Counted from the stretch's first letter, positions 48,626 to 63,285 are shown. The stretch: 64,000 nt of DNA from Isurus oxyrinchus (GCA_026770705.1 JANJGN010000021.1:99014001-99078000); one strand, 5' to 3'. Numbers and translations are program-made. Notes: a model not told the origin generated them from the sequence alone.

Positions 48626-50568
48626 GTAAGGGACATTTTCAGTTTTCAATATTGATGTATTAGTAACATTTTCACTCTGCTCTTGATGCTCTCACCCTTC
48701 CAGACACTGTTAAACCTGTCAGACTAATTTCACTGTCCTCCTGACCCTGTCTCACCCTCCCAGACACTGTTAAAACCTGTCAGACTAATTTCACTGCCCT
48801 CCTGACCCTGTCTCACCCTCCCAGACACTGTTAAAACCTGTCAGACTAATTTCACTGCCCTCCTGACCCTGAACCGATTGCCCTGTTTCTGTCCATTCCT
48901 TACCTCATGGTTTACTGTGTTCCACTGCAGGACATTCCCAGAGCCTCATTGGTGAATAACTGGATTTGCCTGTTCGAGTGTGAACATGGACATCCAGGGA
49001 TGGTTTTCCCTCACACTTTCTTGCCTTCAACAACTTGTTCCCAATTATGGACATCCGTCTTGCACTGTTTCTGCTTCCCTTTGTAACAGAGTTTATAACT
49101 CCCAGGATCACCCTGAAATGTTCTAGAAAAGATCATCTTGGGGATTGGTTCATCAGACACTGGAACCTCGTGAGCTGACCATTGTCACCGTGATTCACAA
49201 CTGGAGCATTGAGAGCTGGAAGCTCAGCTTGTTGATCATCTATGTCAAGAAGATATAATAATGTTTGTAATTTTATTGGAAATTATATTTCAAATAGAGT
49301 TTAATGGTGTCTGTGATTATGTGTGTGAGCCTTAATTGGATTAAAGCTAGCTAGTCAACACGAATGATGTATAGAAGAGAAGTAGGTTTGAATTATTAAT
49401 TCAATAAACATGGGGGTAATTTGCATTTTTAAATAGACCAGTCAGAAGAGTGGGTAAAATATTATACCTAGCCAGAAGAAGCCAAACAATGTGTTTATTT
49501 TTTTTCAAAGCTTTCTAATAAAATTGGTATGATGAAAGGGCTTTATTGTTAGGAGAGGTAAAGTTCAAAGAATCTAGTGATACAGTGAGAATTTGCATTC
49601 AAAAAGGAAAATATGTATGGAGGAAGAGAAAACTGTTTGTAAAAGGAGAGGCATTCTAAGACCTAAAGCCTCCAACTTGTAACCCTTAAGGCATTGTCTG
49701 TGTGGTTCCAGAGCTGAAAGAAACTTGTTTTGAATGCGACTGTCCAGGGTGTGCTTTGCCAGGGGTGTGTTTAAATCTCTGTGGTTTACTGTTGTCTTAA
49801 CAGAGGTGTAACTGGGAATCAGAGCAATTAGGGGATTTTTAGAAACTATTGTAGGAGTAATTTGTAGACATATGTATGTATGTGCTTACAATCTTTTAAT
49901 TAATAAATGTTTAATTTATAAGAACCTCTTGAGACTCGGTAGTCTTATTACTACTGAATTCAAAGCCTGCATCTCGAAACATACAAATTGCAAAATTGCT
50001 TATGACAGTTGTTTCAAGTCTCCCTCTGGGATTTGTACAGCTCAGCATTTATCATCGGCTGTGTCATAAGAACTTTGGTGTGTGAGATCTTGTTTAATCA
50101 TCTGATCTTCATTTGTGGAATCAGGAAGCTCGGGGGAAACTGATTCCATTTCTTAATGTGGTCAGAATATGTGATCCACATCTCACAGACATAAAGCAGG
50201 ATCTTGTGGATAGACAGATCCATACAGAGTAGACAGGAAGACAGGGAAAGAGAAACAGACAGAAATGGATACAATGTCAGATACATCAGTATACACAACA
50301 CACACAGACACACACACAGACACGAACAGTGACAGACACACACTCACACACAGACACAAAGAGTGACACACGTTGACACATATACACACACAGCCACAGC
50401 CACAGGCAGAGACCCACTGACACATGCGCACACACAGGAACACACACTGGCACACACACACACACACCCACGTGCACACACACACCCACACACAGACGCA
50501 GACACAGGCAGAGACCCACTGACACATGCGCACACACAAGCACACACACTGGCACACTCACAGGTACA

Positions 50569-50602
<34 letters not shown>

Positions 50603-50872
50603 GAGACACACATGCACAAACAGACACACACAGTAATACATGCATGCACACGCACACTGACACACAAACTCACAAATTCTGACACCATCACACATTCTGA
50701 AACACAAACTCACACACACACGTCACATGCTGTCAAACACACACACACGCTGTCACAGACATGGACACACACACACTGTCACACACACACACTGCCACAC
50801 GTATCTGTCACACACAGACACACACACACAAATACACATTGTCACATACACACACTGCCACACACATCCTGT

Positions 50873-50905
<33 letters not shown>

Positions 50906-52613
50906 TCACACAGACACGCTGTCACACACATTCACACACAAAAGTCAGACATATAGGGCAGAATTTTACGGACCCACCACAGTGGGGGCGGGGCTAAAAT
51001 GTGGTGAACAGTTTAAAAGCCCATTGGCTTCAGCGGGACCTGAAGATTCCGACAGCAGGAGGAGCCATAAAATTCCGCCCATTGTTATGGAGCCATATAT
51101 CCAGAAATATCCCATGACTGTTTCTGGGATGGGGTTCATCCCTTGTTGTGGACAGATTGAGATATTAGGGGGTGTTGTATTCCTGACTGACACGTTGAGG
51201 TATTCAGGCTTCATGAACTGAGAGTTCTTCAGGAAGACTTACACGCCTGTTCGAAGTGATTGACACCACGAGGTTGTATGTACTACCCAGATTGGTGAAT
51301 TGAATGGAAACGGTTTTATATTTAATTTCAAGGTATATCAGAGGATGTGTGACACCCACCACTCCACAGATTCTCTTCACAGATACTGAAGGGAAGTTGA
51401 ACAAGTACAATGTAAATCAGGACAGAGAGTAACAGGTTCCAGAAGTCAGTGTGGATGGTTATACTAGACAGTTACAGGCAGAAATGAGAGATTCACTTCA
51501 CTTTACAAGTTGTGTGCGATGAAAAAGGTGAGAATCGAGGCAGTGAATTCCCAGAAAGTCACAGACTGTTCATCCCAGCAGCTCCATTAAGCAGGACTCT
51601 GTGTTCTACCGGCTGTTCCCAGGAACGCACACCGAGATAAACAGCATCTGCTGATGGAGGACGATCAACTGAGTGAAGGATGTGCTTTGGTCTGTCTGAA
51701 ACTAGCTGCTCTCCCAGTGCCCAGTGTTGTTGATCAGTGAGTGTTGCAGACTGGCACATTCCAAGTTCCAGGACTAATGCTGAGGGGCAAATTTAAACTT
51801 GGAGCATCTGGTGCAGAGGCTCATTGGGGAAATACCACTGACTAAGACCCTCGGCCATTTTATACTGAGGCTGAAAACTGTGTAAAATATTCGGTTTGAG
51901 TGATGGACATGAAATGAGTATCTTCAATCTGTAACTGTGGGTGTAGTGAGGCTCCTCAGACTGTCACATTTTATATTGAATGAAACTGTGCTGTTTTGCA
52001 CCTCAAATAATGTCAAATTTGAAGAGCTATGTAATGTAGCTTTAGAAATTTCATAAATAATGTATAATTATGGAGAAAATTCTGTTCTTATTTATATCAA
52101 CGATGTTTCACTAAAAGTGCTGATAATTGTGGTTTGTTGTCAATAAATAATTGTCAGTGGTTGACTTGTCTAAATTCTTCTTTACTGATTTCACAAGAAA
52201 GGTTTAATTCATCCACTCAGCAGCTTGTGGGTCTTGGAATGGGCAGTTGTTGAGGTTCAGTTCAATGTGAACAGGGTGAGTTCATACCAAATGTCAGCAT
52301 CATTCACTGCTTTCCATCAGCGTTTATTCACTTGTTTACAGACAAGAGGATGACAGAGCAAAAGACAGACGAGAGGAAGACGTGTCATAACTTTAGTGAA
52401 TCAAACTTCAACACATTTGCCAGTGAGGTGGAGCTGAAGTGTCTCCAGCGTCTCAGTAATGAGAAGTGTGGGTTACCGAGTAAAGTTAGTGTCTTGGTGT
52501 GGAAGGAGGTGACAGAGAGTGTGACTGCTAACTGCACTGTTCTATGGTCCACACAGCAATGTCGAAAGAAATGGAATGAGTTCACACAATCTGACAGGGT
52601 TTGTAGAGTTCTT

Positions 52614-54820
52614 AACAAAAACAGAATTACCTGGAAAAACTCAGCAGGTCTGGCAGCATTGACGGAGAAGAAAAGAGTTGACGTTTCGAGTCCTCATGAC
52701 CCTTCGACAGAACTTGATTCCGAGTCCAAGAAAGAGTTGAAATATAAGCTGGTTTAAGGTGTGTGTGTGGGGGGCGGAGAGATAGAGAGAGAGAGAGGTG
52801 GGGGGTGGGGTGTGGTTGTAGGGACAAACAAGCAGTGATAGAAGCAGATCATCAAAAATGTCAACAACAATGGTACAATAGAACACAAAGGTGTTAAAGT
52901 TAAAGTTGGTGATATTATCTAAACGAATGTGCTAATTAAGAATGGATGGTAGGGCACTCAAGGTATAGCTCTAGTGGGGGTGTTTTTTTTTATATAATGG
53001 AAATAGGTGGGAGAAGGAAAATCTTTATAATTTATTGGAAAAAAAAAAGAAAGGGGGAAACAGAAAGGGGGTGGGGATGGGGGAGGGAGCTCACAACCTA
53101 AAGTTGTTGAATTCAATATTCAGTCCGGAAGGCTGTAAAGTGCCTAGTCGGAAGATGAGGTGTTGTCCCTCCAGTTTGCATTGGGCTTCACTGGAACAAT
53201 GCAGCAAGCCAAGGACAGACATGTGGGCAAGAGAGCAGGGTGGAGAGTTAAAATGGCAAGCGACAGGGAGGTTTGGGTCATTCTTGCGGACAGACCGCAG
53301 GTGTTCTGCAAAGCGGTCGCCCAGTTTACGTTTGGTCTCTCCAATGTAGAGGAGACCACATTGGGAGAAACAAATGCATTAGACTAAGTTGGGGGAAATG
53401 CAAGTGAAATGCTGCTTCACTTGAAAGGAGTGTTTGGGCCCTTGGACGGTGAGGAGAGAGGAAGTGAAGGGGCAGGTGTTGCATCTTTTGCGTGGGCATG
53501 GGGTGGTGCCATAGGAGGGGGTTGAGGAGTAGGGGGTGATGGAGGAGTGGACCAGGGTGTCCCGGAGGGAGCGATCCCTATGGAATGCCGATAGGGGGGT
53601 TGAAGGGAAGATGTGTTTGGTGGTGGCATCATGCTGGAGTTGGCGGAAATGGCGGAGGACGATCCTTTGAATGCGGAGGCTGGTGGGGTGATAAGTGAGG
53701 ACAAGGGGGACCCTATCATGTTTCTGGGAGGGAGGAGAAGGCGTGAGGGCGGATGCGCGGGAGATGGGCTGGACACGGTTGAGGGCCCTGTCAACGACCG
53801 TGGGTGGAAAACCTCGGTTAAGGAAGAAGGAGGACATGTCAGAGGAACTGTTTTTGAAAGTAGCATCATCGGAACAGATGCGACGGAGGCGAAGGAACTG
53901 AGAGAATGGGATGGAGTCCTTACAGGAAGCGGGATGTGAGGAGCTGTAGTCGAGATAGCTGTGGGTGTCGGTGGGTTTGTAATGGATATTGGTGGACAGT
54001 CTATCACCAGAGATTGAGACAGAGAGGTCAAGGAAGGGAAGGGAAGTGTCAGAGATGGACCACGTGAAAATGATGGAGGGGTGGAGATTGGAAGCAAAAT
54101 TAATAAATTTTTCCAAATCCCGACGAAATCATGAAGCGGCACCGAAGTAATCATCGATGTACCGGAGAAAGAGTTGTGGAAGGGGGCCGGAGTAGGACTG
54201 CAACAAGGAATGTTCCACATACCCCATAAAGAGGCAGGCATAGCTGGGGCCCATGCGGGTACCCATAGCCACACCTTTTATTTGGAGGAAGTGAGAGGAG
54301 TTGAAGGAGAAATTGTTCAGCGTGAGAACAAGTTCAGCCAGACGGAGGAGAGTAGTGGTGGATGGGGATTGTTCGGGTCTCTGTTCGAGGAAGAAGCTAA
54401 GGGCCCTCAGACCATCCTGGTGGGGGATGGAGGTGTAGAGGGATTGGACGTCCATGGTGAATAGGAAGCGGTTGGGGCCAGGGAACTGGAAATTGTTGAT
54501 GTGACGTAAGGTGTCAGAGGAATCACGGATGTAGGTGGGAAGGGACTGGACAAGGGGAGAGAGAAGGGAGTCAAGATAACGAGAAATGAGTTCTGTGGGG
54601 CAGGAGCAAGCTGAGATGATCGGTCTACCGGGGCAGTTCTGTTTGTGGATTTTGGGTAGGAGATAGAAGCGGGCCGTCCGAGGTTGGGCGACTATCAGGT
54701 TGGAAGCTGTGGGAGGGAGATCCCCAGAGGAGATGACGTCAGTGACAGTCCTGGAAACAATGACTTGATGTTCAGTGGTGGGGTCATGGTCCAGGGAGAG
54801 GTAGGAGGAAGTGTCTGCGA
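52614..54820 (-). mobile_element. Young 5'-truncated Neptune-like PLE (RT plus GIY-YIG plus pLTR; hammerhead motif at 52676-52714)
   Basis: MDVQSLYTSIP, GVAMGTRMGPSYA, FLRYIDD, FLDL; at least two in-frame stops; 15-bp TSD gtttgtagagttctt at 52599-52613 and 54821-54835; empty site at 14022-14036. Confidence 0.95.
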
Positions 54821-56062
54821 GTTTGTAGAGTTCTTGCAGTTTTTATCATTTAATTGTTCATTGAAGATTTAATGGGTAATGAAGTGAAGATCCTGTTAAT
54901 GGGTTTATGGGTTGGTCAGGGGTGGATGATGTCAAGTGATGGTAAAATTCAGTTCCCTTTGATGACATGTTTACTAAATGTTTGTAAAGGTCTCTTATCT
55001 GCAACCTACAGAATGGGAGTGTGAAACTGTCATCAAACTACCTGACAGGTCTTATGCAAACCAGCAAATGTTATTATTTGACATGTCTGTTTAGAGTCAG
55101 ATGGGTCATTATGTCCGGCAGTGTTCATTACCCGCGAGTGGAGTGGTCTTTCTGAAGGATCTGAATGAGGCTGAAGAGAGGGTCAGACAGCTGCTGGGAA
55201 TCAGTAATACTTCACTGAGTGGTGACCAAGCAGATATTGGAGTGAGGAAAGGTGAGTGTCAGCAGCTGGATGTTTAAACCAGGTCTGAGCACACGAGCTT
55301 CTGTGATGTGACAAAGGAAGGTGAATCCTCATTGTAAATGTTTTCTCCTGACAGGTGCTGTCTTTGGACACAGCAGCTGGAGGTGATGGTGAGTCAGTGA
55401 GAGCAGCCCAGGGGGTTGAAAGGGAACCTGGAGAATACACTGAGCCCCACATCACAGAGGGAAGTGAGACACTAACTGAGCTGGACAGGCAAGGGGAGTG
55501 ACATCCAGACGAACAGGAGGGTGAGCACCCTGGGTGGGAGAGCAGGTGAAGTGACACTGTCTCTCCTGCCCCATGTTGCACCTTCAGCATTGCAGTGTCA
55601 CAAATAACCCCAATAGAGCCACTCCTGACAGCTCCAAGTACAGAAACAGAGCAGGACCACGAGACAGCAGCTGGACCTCGAGTGGATGCAGCTTCTGGTC
55701 AGCAGCTCCCCAGTGAGGAGTTATCAGCTGCTGGGCGTGTCTCTGTCACAAGTGGGGGCAGGACACGGGTACGGGGAAGATGCAGGGGGCATTAGGGTGG
55801 CAGCTATTGCAGAGTGGACATCTTTATCTCCCCCTCTCCCCCTTTGTGACAGTGACCCTCAGGCACAGAGAGGGGGGGTTTGTTGCTGTTACATTTTGAG
55901 GAAATGTTTGTGTTGTCTTATTTAATGAGAATTCTAAATTAATTATTAATTAATTAATTATAAATTATAATGTAAATTATAAATTGTTGGTGTTCTATTT
56001 GAGTCTGTTGTTGTTGTATTTACCCATCATCCTGGAGTCATTCTAAATAATTCAAAATAACT

Positions 56063-56782
56063 TTTATTAACAACATTTTACAACAATTACAACAATTTAC
56101 AAAGTAGAAAAATAACTCATTAACATAAATGTTATGAAATGTTTTAGACCAATTTTCTGAGGTTTACATTGTTCAACACTGATTACATCGAAGGTCTTGC
56201 AATGGGGATTTGCTGTTAAAATAAAATGTCACTTGTTTCACTCTCTATCTACACTGATCTTTGGTCTGATTTCCTGGGGGAGGGAGAGGGATTTTCTCAC
56301 TCTCAATGTCCAAATGTATCAGCCCCCAGCTGCCCTCCAGCTGCCCCGACAGCTGCAGTTGGAGTTTCCTCAGCTTCTCCGTGAGGCCTGGATCCAGTCA
56401 CATCCATGTTGGATCCTCCATTCCATCGATTTCTGGAACAATCTGGTCAGTGAGGTGAAGGGTCAGTCCTTCCTGCAGGGGAAAGTTGTACAATGGGGAA
56501 GAGACCAACACAATCCCCGACACTTTAACAGGAGAGGGTTGCAGAGTGACACCTCACCTGTCCAAGCTCTGGAAATGGGATTTTATCCCCTTGATTGTTT
56601 ATGAGTCTTTTATATTGAGTTAGAAAACTCCTGATAAAAACCCATGTATATTTAAGGACTTTTTAAAACTGAGATAAATTAGAATGAGTGAATGGTGCAG
56701 AAAATGTGAATGTGTTTCATTCCAAACAATCTGTCCCTCAGTCACTTACTCTGAACTGTTGTGTAGGTCACACTTGGTGAAT
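56063..56782 (-). pseudogene. Orphan class I 3' module D: 33-nt exon 56750-56782 (DSPSVTYTTVQ) plus A-type terminal exon 56063-56472
   Basis: Reverse complement of 10378-11340; homology stops at ~56904 with no TM exon upstream. Confidence 0.75.
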
Positions 56783-57524
56783 CTGTAGAAGCAAAATAAA
56801 TGTCAGTTAGAATGGGGAATAATCCATTATCAGAGAGTGAGAACACAACAAGTGTGAGGGAATGGAGATTGTGTAAGAAATACTCATTCCCACACTCTCC
56901 TCCAACCAAACATTTTATTACGACAGCTCCCGGATGAGCTTCCCCAAATTGTTATGCTCCCGGGTGAGTTGGAATGACCTGCTCCCCTATTTAATTCAAC
57001 TGCTTCATTTGGTCACAACAAGTTTAATTTAAACAAGATCACTTCCCTTGAGGATGCCTTTTCCCAATCCAAATGTACTTGTGTGTTAGAAGGAGCCAGT
57101 TTAAACTGGCTTTCCTGAGTTAAAGAAAGAGTCAGTTCATTTGTTATTAAATTACGAAAAAAATAATAAAAATGAAATACAAATACACAATGAATAGAAA
57201 TGTGAAGTGAGTCCAAAGATAACACTTAAAAACGATAAACAAATCAGTCTTTGGCTTGTCCATGAGGAGTAGATGGTGAAATGCTCTGGTCGTGAGGTTG
57301 GATGATTCCGGTGGAGCTGACTTTGGCAGTTGAGCAGTTGGTCTGGAGACACTTGGTTCTGCAGATTTGCTGAAATGAGTTGTCCTGCTTCCTTTTTGAC
57401 TGTGGCATTGCTGACTTGGCACCTGCTTCCAGCAATCAGAGAGAAAGTCTTCTTTAGCTGCAAACACAGGGATGTCCAGTTGCTGTTCGTCAGCTGTGAC
57501 CTTCACATCACACACACCAGAACA

Positions 57525-57880
57525 GTAATCGAGGGGTACAAAATTATGAGGGGCTTAGAGAGGGTAGACAGGAAAAGCTTATTTCCCCTAATGAGGGGTC
57601 AATTACCAGGGGACAGAGATTGAAGGTGATTGGTAGAAGGATTAGAGGGAACATGAGGAAAAGCTTTTTCACCCAGAGGGTGGTGGGTGTCTGGAATTCA
57701 CTGCCTAAGTTGGTGTTTGAGGTTGAAACACTCAGTTTATTTAAAAGGTACTTGGATCTGCACCTGAATCTCTGTAACCTGCAGGGCTATGGACCAGGTG
57801 CTGGAACGTGGGATGAAAGTGAGTGGCTAGTTTCATTTTTCTCTGTTTTGGCCACTGCAGACACAATGGGCTGAATGGCC
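57525..57880 (+). mobile_element. CR1 3' fragment
   Basis: YKIMRGLERVD, MRKSFFTQRVVGVWNSLP. Confidence 0.8.
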
Positions 57881-57999
57881 TATTTCAACTCGGATTATGT
57901 GCACAGTCTGGGATTTAACTCAATAGGAGACGGTTTCTGCTCAGATGGTGATCAGTATTTTTTTGGCATTGCATCTCTTCTTTTGAAGTGTCTCTGTCT

Positions 58000-60107
58000 G
58001 AAGGAGACTCTGATATGACTTTGTTCACAGAGGGAAAGTGAGGTGCCATCAGCCGGACAGGAGTCAGACATTCACATAAGATACATGAGGGTCTATGGAG
58101 TGTCCCCACTGCATGTCATCATCCTCCTGGATTGGGGGGACTGTGGGTATCTGTTGTGCCTTATCACAGAGGGTATGTGTGCTGCCATCAGCCAGACTGG
58201 AGTCAAATGTTCACAGGTACAATATGAGGATCTAGGATGTCATCATCTCCCCCCACAAATCTAGCAGCTATGAGGCCTCCCGATCTTGCCTGCCTCATCT
58301 GGCCAGTGCGAGGGCCTCATCACCGCCTTCGAGGACCTCCTCACCCTCATCCCTGTTGATGTCCTCCTCAGTGGAGGAAACATGAAGTACCTCCATCTCC
58401 TCCTCAGCCAGCTCCTCTCCCTGTTCCAGTGCCAGGTTGTGAAGGGCACAGCAGATGATGTTGATGTGTGACACCCTCTGTGGACTGTATTGCAGGGCTC
58501 CACCAGACCGGTCCAGGCACTGGAATCTCATTTTCAACATCCCGGTGATCTGCTCCACCAAGTTGTGAGTTGCTGCATGATCCTCATTTTACCTTCGCTC
58601 TGCTGCAGTCTGAGGCTGCCACACGGGTGTCATCAGCCACGGACTCTGTGGGTAGCCCTTGTCCCTGAGGAGCCAACCCTGCAGCTTCTCTGGACACTGG
58701 AAGACGTCAGGGATCTGAGACCGACTGAGGATGTAGGAGTCACACAAACTCCCTGGGAGCCGTGCACAGACCTGCAGGATGCGTTTGTGGTGGTCACACA
58801 CCAGCTGAACATTCAGCAAGTCGAAGCCCTTATGGTTGACGTAGTTGCCCTTTTGTTACCATGGAGATCTGAGTGACACGTGAGTGCAGTCGATGGTAGC
58901 TGCACTGTGGGAACTGTGGGAACAAGCGGTGTGGGCAAATCACCTGATCCCGGGTGAAATGCACAAAGATGTGTGCCCTCGAGAAGATGGCATCTGTGAC
59001 TCATGGATGCATTTGTGGGTGGTGGATTGTGAGATCCCACAGAGGTCGCCTGTGGAGCCCTGAAAGGAGCCACTGGTGTAGAAATTGAACTCCACAGTCA
59101 CTTTCACAGCTACTGGCAGTGGATGCCCTCCACGTCCCTGTGGTGTTAAACCCTGCAGCAGGTGGCAGATGTGACTGACCAGTTCCCTGGACATGTGCAG
59201 CCTTCAGCGACATTGGTTCTCAGTCACGTGCAGGAATGACAAGTGCTGTCCATAGACCCTGGGTCTAGCCAGGCACCGACCAGTATCGGCTGCCTGTGGC
59301 TCTTCAGCAGTGTGTATGGGAGCCCCAGCCACCCCTCCTTCCTGAGGCCCAGTCGGCCAACTGTTCTGCAGTTCACTAAAACACTCATTAGTTTGTAGTC
59401 TGTGCCCGAGGGGCGAAACATTCAGGAGCACTTGGTGGCACTTTGATGCCTCTGTGTTGATTGAGGGGGCAGATAAGCTAGAGACTCGACTCCACACATG
59501 TCAATGCGGCTGTGCCTGAACTGTCTCAGCTGCGGAGGAATAGTCACTTTATACAGGTTACCCTAACGTGTGGTCCCTTCACTGCCCCCCCCCACCGCAT
59601 GTGCTTGTGCACTAACATCAACCACAGGGCAGACCTTGGTCCCCCCCGCAACTTGCCCCAACCACAGGGCAGCTCTTACCCTGGCACCACGCTGCCAGCC
59701 AGCTGGGGAAAAGTGACAGGCCTGTGCCCTCGCCTGAATGAGAGCAGAGTCAACTTGAGGTCCAACAGGTGACCTTCCCGTGTGCTGGGCAATGTGAGTG
59801 TGTCCTCACCTCCGAGTTTCCCTCAAATCTCAGCTCACCAGATGCACACTCGCCTTTTAAATGCTGTTGTGAAACATGTGGGTGTGGAATCAAACCGATG
59901 TGCCCGGATGGTCCAAGATGAGGGGATGATTCCGGCAGGCTGGGATTAGAATGATACAAAGATTTATTAAAATGAAGTTCCTGATATACAGCAGTGGGAA
60001 ACACAGCCCGCCATTGACGGGCGGAGCAGACGATTGGAATCTGCTTTCACTACGTTATGAAACGGATTTTTGATCTTCCTGCCATATTGTCCACTCACGC
60101 CCACCAC
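58000..60107 (-). mobile_element. Harbinger element, same family as 2047-5663, partial
   Basis: VEQITGMLKMRFQCLDRSGGALQYSPQRVSH identical to the first copy; 60010-60092 resembles the reverse complement of 2090-2170. Confidence 0.88.
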
Positions 60108-61176
60108 AGAAACATAGAAACTAGGAGCAGGAGTAGGTCACTCAGCTCTTCGAGCCTGCTCCGCAATTCAATATGATCATGGGGTCCCTCTATCTCGATG
60201 CCATTGACCAGCTCTATCCCCAGACACCTCATGCCTTCGGAGTCCATGATGTCTGATGAGAATGGGATGGGAAAATTTCACACTCACTTTAATTCACCCC
60301 GTTCACATTGAAATGAACTCCAACAATTGCCAAATCCAAGACCTACAAGCTGCTGAGTGAATAAATTAAACATTTCTTGTGAAATCATTCAACAGGAATT
60401 CAGAGAAGTCAACTACTGACAATTACTTATTGACAGCAAACCACAATGATCAGCACTTGTAGTGACACATTGATGATGAGGTTTTTGTCCATGAATATAC
60501 TTTAATCATAAAATTTTATACATGTACATTATATAACAGTGTAAATCTGACACTACAGAAAGTGCAAAATAGATCAGCTTCTATCAATATAAAATGTGTC
60601 TCTCTCAGTTGCCTCATGACATTTACTCTGTTCAGGTCAATCACTCGACCTGAACAAGTTGTTGAAGATAAGAAAGTGTGAGGGAAAATCATCCCTGAAG
60701 TTCCCTTTGACTGTGAGAGCCGTCACATTGTGGATACTGAATGGAAACACTACTTGAGAAAGTCCCACTTGAAGAATCAGGATCCCAACCTGGTGGATCC
60801 AGGATCCACTGTTCAATCTGTGGAAGCACATTCCCAGGAAAAATAGATCTCCATCATCAAAGCACTCAGTGTAGACAATGAGCTGTGAATCTGTATGTCT
60901 GCTGTGATATGGAAGGATGGTCGATGATGTCCATGTTCACACTAGAACAGGCAAATCCAGTTATTCATCAATGAGGCTCTGGGAATGTCCTGCAGTGGAA
61001 CACAGTAAACCATGAGGTAAGGAATGGACAGAAACAGGACAATCGGTTCAGGGTCAGGAGGGCAGTGAAATTAGTCTGACAGGTTTTAACAGTGTCTGGG
61101 AGGGTGAGACAGGGTCAGGAGGGCAGTGAAAAAGTTACAACAATATCAATGGGGGAAAAATTGAAATGTCACTCAC

Positions 61177-61710
61177 TGAATTAGGAAGGTTCCGGAACAG
61201 AGAGATCAGAAGCTGAGAAAATAAACACAAAATGTGAGAAATGGAATAAAATATAAAAATCGAGAGCTTGAGATATTCTATATCACTCACTGAGGTTCAT
61301 TCCCCTCTCAGTATTAACTAAACTGACTCACAAATGATAAATGAGCCCCGAGGGAGTGGAGGGTGAGGGAGACGAGGCAGAGGGTGCAGAAACAAGGTGT
61401 GGAGGGTAAGTGGGTGGAGGCTGAGTGAGTGGAACTTGAGTGAGTGGAGAGTGAGGGAGTGGAGGCTGAGGGACTAGAGGAACCAGCAAGCGGAGGGTGA
61501 GGGACTGGAGAGAGAATGCGTGGAGGGTGAGGGAGCAGGTTGTGAGGGAGTTGAGGGTGAGGGAGAGGAGGATGAGGTTCCCCCTGTGTAACCCTGAGTT
61601 ACTCCCAGGAGGATGTAATTCTACAACTTTCAATCCCTCCTATTTCATTCCCAACAATCTGTCCCTCAGTCACTTACTCTGAGCTGTTGTGTAGGTCACA
61701 CTTGGTGAAT
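61177..61710 (-). pseudogene. Orphan class I 3' module E: YxxA exon 61678-61710 plus SDLSVPEPS* exon 61177-61212
   Basis: Intact AG/GT; the upstream post-TM minisatellite is truncated at the 62245-62262 junction; no TM exon. Confidence 0.75.
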
Positions 61711-63285
61711 CTGCAGAAGCAAAATAAATGTCAGTTAGAATGGGGAATAATCCATTATCAGAGAGTGAGAACACAACAAGTGTGAGGGAATGGAGATTGT
61801 GTAAGAAATACTCATTCTCACACTCCCCTCCATCCGTACACTTTTATGGAGATCCTGTCGATCTCTTCCATTCCATCGATATTAAGTGGGTGAGGATGTG
61901 AGTGTGTGTGGTGGGTTTCATGATCAATATTAGACCTGGTCTGGGCCTATCATTCAAAGGAATGTCAGACAGGGAACAAGACGTGTTTATATGTGTGTAT
62001 CTGTGTGTGGGGGAATTAAATCAGTTCCATTCAACACAGTGTCCTGTACTCCCAGTACTGGAGATTCCCCCACACTCACTCTGTCCCCTCAGTTCCACAT
62101 TCCCCTCTCTCTCACTCTCCCCTCTCAGTGTCCTGTACTCCCAGTACTGGAGATTCCCCCACACTCACTCTGTCCCTTCAATTCTACATTCCCTTCTCTC
62201 TCACTCTCCCCTCTCAGTGTCCTGTACTCCCAGTACTGGAGGTTCCGCCCATACTCATGAGGGTGTGGAATCAAACCGATGTGCCCGGATGGTCCAAGAT
62301 GAGGGGATGATTCCGGCAGGCTGGGATTAGAATGATACAAAGATTTATTAAAATGAAGTTCCTGATATACAGCAGTGGGAAACACAGCCTGCCATTGACG
62401 GGCGGAGCAGACAATTGGAAACTGCTTTCACTATGTTGTGAAATGGATTTTTGACATTCCCGTCATATTGTCCACTCACGCCCACCACAGAAACATAGAA
62501 ACTAGGAGCAGGAGTAGGTCACTCAGCCCTTTGAGCCTGCTCCGCAATTCAATATGATCATGGGGTCCCTCTATCTCAACGCCATTGACCAGCTCTATCC
62601 CCAGACACCTCATGCCTTCGGAGTCCATGATGTCTGATGAGAATGGGATGGGAAAATTTCACACTTGTATTAACTCACCCCGTTAACATTGAACTGAACC
62701 CCAACAACTGCCCATTCCAAGACCCACAAGTTGCTGAGTGAATGAATTAAACCTTTCTTGTGAAATCAGTAAAGAAGAATTCAGACAAGTCAACTACGGA
62801 CAGTTATTTATTGACAGCAAATCACAATGATCAGCACTTGTAGTGAAACATTGATGATGAGATTTTTCTCCATAAATATACTTTAATCATAAAATTTATA
62901 AATATATGTTATAAAACAGTGTAAATCTGACATTACAGAAAGTGCAAAATAGATCAGCTTCACATTGTGGATACTGAATGGAAACACTACTTGAGAAAGT
63001 CTCACTTGAAGAATCAGGATCCCAATCTGGTGGATCCAGGATCCACTGTTCAATCTGTGGAAGCACATTCCCAGGAAAAATAGATCTCCATCATCAAAGC
63101 ACTCAGTGTAAACAATGAGCTGTGAATCTGTCTGTCTGCTGTGATATGGAAGGATGGACAATGATGTCCATGTTCACACTAGAACAGGCAAATCCAGTTA
63201 TTCATCAATGAGGCTCTGGGAATGTCCTGCAGTGGAACACAGTAAACCCACGAGGTAAGGAATGGACAGAAACAGGGCATTCGGT

